From NCBI RefSeq assembly GCF_035084215.1, contig NC_090341.1, positions 26,102,001 to 26,166,000 of the forward strand: DNA of 64,000 nt. Reading direction: 5' to 3'. Under the pieces are notes generated by a model, which searched no databases, was not told the DNA's origin, and was given only the letters and a program-made list of their open reading frames with translations. Of this stretch, positions 27,010-36,511 are shown in pieces (within the stretch, counting starts at the first letter, position 1; every line of letters starts with the position of its first letter). Source of the stretch: Heptranchias perlo (lineage: Eukaryota). Both the position numbers and the translations under genes were made by a program.

Positions 27010-27591
27010 TGTGACCCAAAAGAATCTTACTCCACTACAATCTAAGACAAACAGTTTTCTAATTTACATTAGACTAAGAAAAAATTTCAGAAGCACTCCA
27101 ATCTCAATTTAGATGCACTGGTATGATGCTGAACAACAGAATTATTGTGTTATATTTACATTGCAACAAAGTCTTGACAAATATTAGCAACATACTATGC
27201 AGCAATCTGGAAACCTTGCACTGAAAAAGTGGAATTACAAGCAAGAGCAATCATTGAACAAGACTGACTACATGAGACCACCTAAGTATTAGATAATAAC
27301 CGATTAATCACATCTCAGTTGCATGGAGTAGTTTGAAAGGCTAACAAAATATCTGCTGGAAGATTGATAACTGCTTGTCTCCATCAAGAATATCCAGTAA
27401 GCAGATACATTATTGTTCAGCAACACTTCCACAAAAAAACTATACTGCATAAAACCAAATACAAAAGCTGGCTCTGGTATGTTACTGCAAGAAATTCTAC
27501 CTGAACAATCAAAATATAGAGGGAGATATCCCAGCTAACATTTATCCTTCAACACCACCCAAAAATAAATCAACTGGTCATTCATCTTAAT

Positions 27592-28307
27592 GGCCTAGAA
27601 ACTGCTGGAGCTGTGCACCTCATGCAGAGTGCTGTGAATTTGATTTTTTTCCCTCACCCTTCAGAGCGTATTATTTTTGCGCCGCAAATGGCCAGAAACG
27701 CAAATTGATAATGGCGCGGGGGGGGGGGGGGGGGGGGGTCAACTGGGACCCCGTAAGTGTCGGGTTCAACTGCCTATCTCCTTAGCCAATGAAATTTAAG
27801 GCCAGAGAAAGGAGGAGAGATTGACAGAAGAAAATAGGGTGAATGAGTCAAATAAGATAGAGAGAAAGAGAGGGAAAGAAAGATTGGGTGGAGAGCAAAA
27901 AGACAAGGAAATTAAAAATAATTTTTTAAAAAAACCTCTAGGAACAATTTACAACACGCACAAGTGAGACTCCAGTTTCAAATATTCCTTTTCTGGGCCT
28001 CCATGGTTGAGTTACGTATCAGGACCATAAATCACATCATTAACAGGGTCCTTACAACATGAAATACCAGCCCTAAATGTCTGCAGTGGGATTCATTTGT
28101 ATTTACGGCTCAAATCCAGCAATTTCTTCATGGCGAGCTCCCATTTTTACAAGGCTAACAGCAGAGCGTAGCACGTTGTACAGCAAATTGTGACAAATCA
28201 TAACTCATTGTGTACATCTCGTCCTAAGCACAAATTGCTGGGGTTTTTTTAAGCACAAACAGCAGGCGCTGTGAACTCGCCATTATTTTTCCAGCAATTT
28301 CTGGGCC
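27592..28307. mobile_element. Harbinger-like MITE inserted into a Deu-SINE (SINE halves about 27525-27591 and 28308-28432)
   Basis: TIRs GGCCTAGAAACTGCTGG and CCAGCAATTTCTGGGCC; 3-bp flanks AAT/ATT. The SINE sequence continues across the insertion. Confidence 0.75.
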
Positions 28308-28914
28308 ATTGTTGCTGTGGGCCTTACCATACATAAACTGGTTGCCAAGTTTACCTCTGAAGTGACTTTCACTGAAGTGCTTTTGGACATCGAGGATATG
28401 GCAGGTGTTACATGAGCGCAAATCTGTCCTTTATTTACACTGTTGCCAAGGTGGGCAGCAACATATCATTAAAGTTTAATCCATTTGGATCCTGTGAAAT
28501 TTAATCAGGTAACTCGGAAAATAATAAGGAAATTTATGGTTTCTTTTCTAGAACCCAGCCCATCCAGTAGTAAGAGTCACTGATAATTTACCTCAGAAAT
28601 GCAAATTTGCAGTCATGTTGCACTATGGACATAATGAAGCAAAATAAACCTCCATTACATTTTATCATCGTGACCAACTGGTAAGACCTAGGCAACCATA
28701 AAAGCCAGTAAGTCCCTATACCTGTAGGTGTACTTTTACACATTATACTTGACTAGTTGCAGAAAGTTCCAGTTATTTACTCCAAATGGATATTAACTCA
28801 GAGCTCCTAAGCACTTAACCTCACCCACACTATGTCCAAGACCACCATCATTCAGTAGTCAGTACAGGACATGGGTAATCTAAAGATAATGGTTTCCCAT
28901 CTTTAGATAGTGAT

Positions 28915-29165
28915 TACAGCAAAAGAACCAGAGGAGCGATGGAGAATTCCTTTTTACATAGCAATTTATGATGATCTGGAATGCACTGCCTAAAAGGATG
29001 GAGGAAGCAGATTCTATAGTAACTTGCAAACAGGAATGAAACATATATTTGAAAAGGAAAAATTTGAACAGCTATGGGGAAAGAATGGGACTAATTGGAT
29101 AGCTCTTTCAAAGAGCTGGCACAGGTAGGATGGGCTGAACAGCCTCCATCTGTGCGGTATGATTT
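28915..29165 (+). mobile_element. CR1 3' fragment
   Basis: gatctggaatgcactgcc...agctctttcaaagagctggcacagg tail. Confidence 0.75.
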
Positions 29166-30062
29166 CAAGAACAGAATAGAATCACTTTCTTCAAGAGGCT
29201 TGTGTCAACTGTACAGAACACATTATGGCTCTAAGCCCATATCTAACTTCAGAAGTATTCTGTAGTATAACTACATCTTGTATAGCACTGATGTGACAAA
29301 GGAGTTTATCACCCAAATTACAAACCAGTTGCACTGCCTCTTCCTTAATGCAATACACCACTGAAATGCAGCGTTAAAAAACTAGTGACATCACAAATTT
29401 GATACAAATAAGTAAAATAACACTACTAGTATCATATCCAAATTTAGACAATTCAGATGGCATTTGGGAATGCAAAACTTCAAAATGAAGGAGCTATTTT
29501 CAAGAATATAGTCGTTCTGCAATATTTAACTCAAGAACCACTTGCTTCCAGGGTCTTCCACCAAACCCAAAACCCTACATAAGGCTGGGACGGACTATCC
29601 CAACTCATATGGTCGGATTAACAAGAACAAAGAAAATGGATGTTCTGCCAAACAAAACCGAGTTAAAGTGGGTCAGTAATACCCCCATTTTCCATTGCAT
29701 CGATGTGGATGAAGAAGAAATCTGAAGTGCGAGTAAACAGACAAGAGTCTATCCACAAGACCTTGCATAAATGCAAGTACGAACGCCCCATAGGGTTGGA
29801 GATACAATGACGGTCTGGTCAGGTAACCGTAACAAGTACCGAATTCCACATTTCTGACCACAGACCACATGCTGGCCTTGCGGTCCACTTACCTGTTATA
29901 AGAGCCAGAAGTAGAAACAAAGATTGAGTATTGATTTTCTTATTTGCTAACATTCCCTATCAAAAATGGTTTCCAACCACTTTCCAGCAAGAGGCAAATG
30001 AATTAGAATTCATGGATAGCATCAAGAAGCAAACAGCGCTGTGTGTTAAGAGAGCAAAGCAC

Positions 30063-30405
30063 CTTTCTTTTCTTTGTTCTTCTTAGGGATCTGAAAACTC
30101 TTCCGAACAAGATCTTCGGTGGTTTTCTGAACGGCTGAGGCTCCGTGCTCCTCGCTTTCTGCAGCGAATTCGTTAGGAGCCGCAGCCGTGTCCGCTCGGA
30201 GCAGCCCGGGGGCGCTTCCTGCCAGCGGCCCGTTCGTTTGTTCGCCATTTTGTTGTTTGGATTTCGACGCGTTTCGGAGGAGAGATGATGATGGCTTCGC
30301 CCTGCCAGCAGCTCCAACCCCGCTCTCACTACTCGGGTGCCTCTCCCGACTGTCTCCTCTCAAAGTCGGGGCTCGTTTCTCCTCAATGTCGCTGTGAGAA
30401 GCCAT
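30063..30405 (-). CDS. TASOR: TASOR coding exon 1
   Basis: ATG at 30405 in strong context (aaaATGg). Low-complexity N-terminus ending VRKSFQIPKKNKEKK, matching human VRRSFQIPRKSREKK. Donor G|GTGCTT at 30062; 343 nt, phase 1, in frame with exon 2. Confidence 0.92.
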
Positions 30406-30610
30406 TTTACTGGCGTGAGAGCGGTTCTGTGTGTTTGTGTTGTAGCGCGGCCCAGTTGCTTAATGTCCCTGCGCCATGCTCCCTATGTCTCCTCTCCTTC
30501 CACTCCAGCGGCATCCGCGCACGGGGAGGCGGGGCTACGCGGCCCAGCGGCCAATTAATGAGCGCCTCGCTGCGCACTTATATAAAAGGCGCGGGTGGCG
30601 AAAGGAGGTC
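30100..30610. promoter_or_regulatory. CpG-island promoter of TASOR with GC box, CCAAT, TATA and YY1-like motifs
   Basis: Sharp CpG and GC enrichment. GGCGGG at about 30528, CCAAT at 30551, TTATATAAAAG at 30578-30588, GCCATTTT at about 30244 and 30401. Confidence 0.8.
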
Positions 30611-30629
30611 ATTATTTGAACAGCCATCC

Positions 30630-31195
30630 AAGGTTGGAATAATTCAGCAACTCTTCAGCAAAAAAAAGGGAGAAATAATCCAGCAGTTCATTATCAGAAA
30701 ATAATCGAAAGAAATATCAAAGTAATAATCTATCAGAAAATAATCCATGACAGTACTGTGGTATCACCAAAATGAAAATCCAGAGCAGCAAAACCGAAAC
30801 AATATCACCAGAGTAATAACCAAGTAACCCCTGAAGAGAAAATACTCCAGGTTACATCGAAGCAATATCACCAAAACAGTAACCAAGCAGCTGTCTATCA
30901 AAAAGTAATTCAGGATTGTAACACTAAAATAGCAATACAACAGTTCCCTATAAGAAAATAATGTTGGGCAGCAACACCAGAGCAATAATTCACCAGCAAT
31001 CTATGAGAAAATAATCCAGGTAGCCCTACCAGAGTAATAATCTAGTAGCTCCAGGCCAGAAAATAATCTAAAGCAACAACAGAATAATCTTCCAGGTTGT
31101 CAACAGAAGAGCAAGTAAATGTAAGATAATTTGCTGTTGAGCCCCCTATCAAAACCTGGGTATAACCTAGCAGCTCTTTATCAAAATAATCCAGG
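30630..31195. repeat. Degenerate tandem array of a TATCAGAAAATAATCCAG-like motif
   Basis: Motif variants (aaataatccag, gtaataatcta, gaaaataatc) recur about ten or more times with irregular spacing. Confidence 0.6.
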
Positions 31196-31904
31196 TTGGC
31201 AATAATTTACATTTATATAGTGCCTTTCATTTGCAACAAAATGTCCCCAGATGCTTTATAGGGCAAGTATTGGACAAGAAACAGGAAGTAGGAAAGAAGT
31301 TAGAAGAGATGACTAAAGGCACAGTTTGATGAGGTGAGTTTTGAGGAGACTTTTGTAAGTAGGGAGAGAGGCAGCAGGGGTAAAGAATCCCAGAATGCAG
31401 GGGCATGACGGTGAAGCCTCTACTACAAAGATGAAGTGGAAAAGGAGGACAGAGTCAGATAATCAGGGGGTCTGAATTGGGTCACAAGATCAAATGCTAA
31501 TTATGGATGAGGAAGACCATTTGGCCAATTGCAGTTCATCCATCCAGAATGACGCTAAAGTGCCTAATTGGTACTTTAAAAATTCCAAGGTTTTCACCTC
31601 ACTACTGCATCTGAGAGTGCATTCTATGTGATCACTCTTTGAAGAAAAAAACTTCTTGATATCAGTCCTAAATGTGCCCTTTACTGGTTTGAATGTGACA
31701 CATTGTCCCACTCTCACAATTTAATTTAAAGTAATTTTCAAGATTTACCTTTCCCATACCATTTACAATCTATAAGATCACCTCTCAGACTCTTCCTTTC
31801 CAGGCCAAGAAGTCCAAGTTTCTCCACTCTTCATTACTCAGACCTCTAAGGCTGGAGATCAGCCTTGTGGCTTTTCTTTACACTGCCTTAATGTTTGATT
31901 TTTA

Positions 31905-32000
31905 TTTTATTTATTTTCGGGATGTGGAAATTGCTGGCAAGGCTGGCATTTATTGCCCATCCCTACTTGCCCTGAGAGATTGTTGGTGGGACTTATTTTT
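31905..32000 (-). mobile_element. 3'-tail fragment of the 36447-39762 LINE family or its partner SINE
   Basis: gatgtgg...gctggcaaggctggcatttattgcccatccc matches the family 3' end. Confidence 0.75.
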
Positions 32001-32857
32001 TGTATAGAAATGATTTTGGATTAATTTATATTAAGATGATGCTGTTAAGTTAAATTCAGCACATAAGGCGTTAAATCTTAAGACTGTTCAAAAGCACTGA
32101 TATCTAATAACTTTAGACATGAATTGTAAATCTCACACTTTTCTGATGTAGATTGTAGAAAAGGGGCAAAAGACTTCTCTAATACCCTTTGGTTTAGATT
32201 TCTTATATAATTTACGGCTTTGGTTTTTCCAATCCAACAATTTTGCAAGAGAAATAATTCAGCAGTTCACTGACAGATCTGAGGATTTGCCCTGCTTCAG
32301 AGCATGAGAATCTCTACTGTGATATTAAAATTCTTGCATATGGTGCACATATCCTGTTCGCAACCCTTACTTCCTGTTGTCATGCTTTTTAGGTCAAAAT
32401 TTATAATTAAAAATCCTACATTAACATGCCAACATTTTATATTGGAATGATCCCTATGTCGACACCCTGTCACATTGTAGTTGCAGGTCTCTGACAATTA
32501 GGTGATAATGTTGCTTGTCAGGTAACCCAGGTTTAAGGATGTTTTCTGAAAAAGGCGAGGGTGTGAAGGGTTATGGAAAAGGTTAGTTAGCAAGGGTTAA
32601 GGACATAGTGAAAACTGCTGAGCACCGTATATGCTGACTGCTGCAATGAGCAGACGTCCCTTATCTGAGTAACAGGACTGGCATATTTCCTTATGCCTGC
32701 CTTTGCAAGGCTGACTCATTGTCTTTGTTTGATACCAACTTGCAATGTGATTAACCACTAACTAGGTCATCTGCTTCTAACACTATCTTCCTGTGTGAAC
32801 TGTCTTGACGACCGTTGCTTCCGTCCTGTCTCTCCTGCACTGTCTGGTTCTATTAGA

Positions 32858-34420
32858 CATGATGTGGAGATGCCGGTGATGGACTGGGGTGGACAAATGT
32901 AAGGAATCTTACAACACCAGGTTATAGTCCAACAGTTTTATTTGAAAATCACAAGCTTTCGGAGGCTTTCTCCTTCGTCAGGTGAGTGTGGGAATCCTTG
33001 AAGGTTACCGCATATATATTCAGAGAACAATGCCTGGTGATTACAGATAATCTTTCCAACTGCCCGTTGTCAAGGCAATCAGACAGAGAGACAGTACATA
33101 CAGGGCTACTGAATATACAAACGGTCCGAACCCAAAGACAGAGAGAGAGAGAGAGAGAGAAACATCCAAAAGGAAGGGAAAGAGAGAGAATGACCAGTTG
33201 TATTAAAAACAGATAACTCTTTTTTCGCTGGTGGGGTTACGTGTAGCGTGACATGAACCCAAGATCCCGGTTGATGCCGTCCTCATGGGTGCAGAACTTG
33301 GCTATCAATTTCTGCTCGACGATTTTGCGTTGTCGTGTGTCTCGAAGGCCGCCTTGGAGAACGCTTACCCGAAGATCGGTGGCTGAATGTCCTTGACTGC
33401 TGAAGTGTTCCCCGACTGGGAGGGAACCCTCCTGTCTGGCGATTGTTGCGCGGTGTCCGTTCATCCATTGTCGCAGTGTCTGCATGGTCTCGCCAATGTA
33501 CCATGCTCCGGGGCATCCTTTCCTGCAACGTATGAGGTAGACAACGTTGGCCGAGTCACAGGAGTATGAACCATGTACCTGGTGGGTGGTGTCCTCTCGT
33601 GTGATGGTGGTATCTGTGTCGATGATCTGGCATGTCTTGCAGAGGTTGCCGTGGCAGGGTTGTGTGGTGTCGTGGACGCTGTTTTCCTGAAAGCTGGGTA
33701 ATTTGCTGCGAACGATGGTCTGTTTGAGGTTGGGTGGCTGTTTGAAGGCGAGTAGTGGAGGCGTGGGGATGGCCTTAGTGAGGCGTTCGTCGTCATCGAT
33801 GACATGTTGAAGGCTGCGGAGAACATGGCATAGTTTCTCCGCTCCAGGGAAGTACTGGACGACGAAGGGTACTCTGTTGGTTGCGTCCCGTGTTTGTCTT
33901 CTGAGGAGGTCTATGCGATTTTTCGCTGTGGCCCGTTGGAACTGTCGATCGACGAGTCGAGCGTCATATCCCGTTCTTACGAGGGCGTCTTTCAGCGTCT
34001 GTAGGTGTCCATCGCGTTCCTCCTTGTCTGAGCAGATCCTGTGTATTCGCAGGGCCTGTCCATAGGGGATGGCCTCTTTGACGTAGTTAGGGTGGAAGCT
34101 GGAAAAGTGGAGCATCGTGAGGTTGTCCTTGGGCTTGCAGTAGAGTGAGGTGCTGAGGTGCCTGTCTTTGATGGAGATCCGTGTGTCCAAGAAAGAAACC
34201 GATTCTGAGGAGTAGTCCATGGTGAGTTTGATGGTGGGATGGAACTTGTTGATGTTATCGTGTAGTCTCTTCAGTGATTTTTCGCCGTGGGTCCAAAGGA
34301 AGAAAATGTCGTCGATGTATCTGGTGTATAGCGTTGGTTGGAGGTCCTGTGCAGTGAAGAAGTCCTGCTCGAACTTGTGCATGAAAATGTTGGCGTATTG
34401 GGGTGCGAATTTGGTCCCCC
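32858..34420 (-). mobile_element. 5'-truncated Penelope-like element (RT C-terminus, GIY-YIG endonuclease, pseudo-LTR)
   Basis: Open 381-aa ORF at 33237-34382 with RYIDDIF, FLD, NVVYLIRC...WYIGET motifs. Candidate TSD ATTAGA (32852-32857 and 34421-34426). Confidence 0.93.
32952..32981 (-). ncRNA. Minimal hammerhead-ribozyme-like motif in the Penelope pseudo-LTR
   Basis: CTGACGA-A-GGAG-AAAGC-CTCC-GAAA-GCTTG: CUGANGA and GAAA cores, stem II, and palindromic AAGCTT. Confidence 0.6.
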
Positions 34421-35489
34421 ATTAGAAGTATATTGCTGATCTGTCTGGCCCTGCTAAATAGATTACTAGTGGTCATGTGTCTTTGGGGGATGTGCTGGCT
34501 TGCACATTTGCCCAAATTAGGCAAGCATGATGAAACAAGAAGGAAGTAGTTTATGTGATAATATATAAGGATGAGATTTGGTAGAGAAGTTAAGCAGCTT
34601 GAAGTACCTGGACTAGAGGTAAGACTGGAGGACTGGGTTATCCCAATGAGCTGTTTGCTTGAGACATATGGACGTATGTATTTTCTGCTTGCTGATTGTA
34701 ATTAACATCTGAAATGAAGAAAGTCGATCACTGATACCAGAGTCTGAATCTGATGATTATTTAAGATATCAAGACGATATCTTACATTGCTGTCTTCTGG
34801 ACTCCCCAAACATTGGCCTGGTAACAAAGCAATTTCATTTACTTAAATGCTAATCAAATGCTAATGTATGTTTTAGTATCCCGCTGCCAAATTTGGCATA
34901 AACTAGGCGGTGCATGCGGATCTACATCGGCCTAACCAGAGGTTTTAAAGGGACCGCAGCAGGCCGCCAAAGAATAGGGCTCTGACTGCTACTTTTATGC
35001 AGCTGAGACCCAAGGCCCAATTTGGAGCGAGCCTCAGATCAACGTCGGGCATGCATTCCAGGCGCAAAACCAATTTCTCGGTCATTCATTCTTTTGCTTT
35101 GTGCTAGAAATATGAAACTTGTATCAGGAATCCTGCAAACACAGAAAACCATGAGATATTGGAGAAGAGAAGGTTCAGCAATGATTTTATAGAAGTATTC
35201 AAGATCCTGAAGAATATAGGCAAGATAAATTTCAGTATGCTTAACATAAACACAGATTCTACAACAAGAGGCCATCGCCTCCAAATTTGAGGAGGGAAGG
35301 TAAAAAGACAAATCAGATTTAACCACTTTATGCAGTTGATTGTATCAGCACATTCAAGAGATAGTTGGTTAAGTACCTGGCAAAAAGTTTGATAGAGGGA
35401 TATTGTGGGATATAGTATTTCCTAGATACAGGGACTAGCCAGACAGACTGCAGTAGTCTTTTCTGGTCTTGTATGTTCCTTTGTTCCTC

Positions 35490-36240
35490 CTCACATCTAG
35501 AATCAGAGGTGAGGATGGAGGATGCGGAGGAACAAGGTTAGAGAAGAAAGTTAGTGGTGGTGAAGGGGAGTTTAGTGATAAGTCATGGGAGGATTTGGCC
35601 ACTAAGAGAAAGAGGTGCTATTCCTTGAGGTTGTTAAGTCACATTTGGCCATGGACAGCCAGGCTGATTATATGCTATGTGCATTCTTGTCTCTGACTCA
35701 CAGACTTAGGAATCTGGAGGTAGTTTTTTAGCCAAGTGGCATGCTGGCAGAAGGAGACCGTCTGGGATTTGATAGGAATGAGGATTTGAAAGATTATTGG
35801 AAAATAGTTATTTAGCAGATCACTTGAGGTTTCAATTTGAGTACATGAAGCAGGTAAGAGGAGTGAAAAAGCAGGAGGGGGGATTAGGAGGTGACATATG
35901 GTGAAAGAAACTAAGTGATGACTGGAGGTGGACCTGTGGTCTTGAAGTTAGTGGGCCTTGTGTGATAGCAATGTCCAGGGGGTGGTTGTCAATGTTGGTT
36001 GGGAGGGTTGTGCGGAGTGTGAGGTTGAGAGAGGAAAGGAGAGGGGTCAGGTACAGGTTGAAGACACTAAGGATGGGGAGTTGCTCAGTGAGGACAGGAG
36101 CAAGCAAATTTCAGCAAGGAAAGCACAAGGGGGAGCTGGGGCAGTAATTGGAGAGATGGGAAGGGTGTTTGGAGAATGAGGTGTTTAATTGAGTGAAAGA
36201 TGCTGAAGAAATATGTGGACATGCCAAAATGAGATTTGGC
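35490..36240 (-). mobile_element. Old L2-like LINE endonuclease remnant
   Basis: PT..DNHPLDIAIT-like APE remnant on the minus strand. Confidence 0.5.
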
Positions 36241-36511
36241 GGTTTGGGTAGGCTATTTGGTAGAACGTGTAACTGGTCAGAGTTTCTTTGGTAAGGGGGG
36301 AGATTTTGCTCTCTCCACATATCCTAATATCTTTCTCTGCTTTAAATATTTATTCATTTTTCCCTTAAAAGGTGCAATGGTGTCTGCCTCATCTACTTCA
36401 TGTGGCAAAGCATTCTATGCTCCAACAACTCTACAATATAACATGCTTTTTTTTTTTATTCGTTCACGGGATGTGGGCGTCGCTGGCAAGGCCGGCATTT
36501 ATTGCCCATCC

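Larger units (their letters stand above)
32516..34786 (+). mobile_element. Solo LTR (~700 bp) interrupted by a Penelope element
   Basis: TGTCAG...CTTACA termini, 5-bp TSD TTGCT (32511-32515 and 34787-34791), TATATAAG near 34560. Confidence 0.7.

Noticed and set aside
30003-30704. Overlapping alternative ORFs in the CpG island
   Set aside because: Expected from GC-rich, stop-poor sequence; only the 30405 frame matches TASOR and splices in frame.
30630-31195. CRISPR-like array
   Set aside because: Repeats are short, degenerate and irregularly spaced, the context is eukaryotic, and there are no cas genes.
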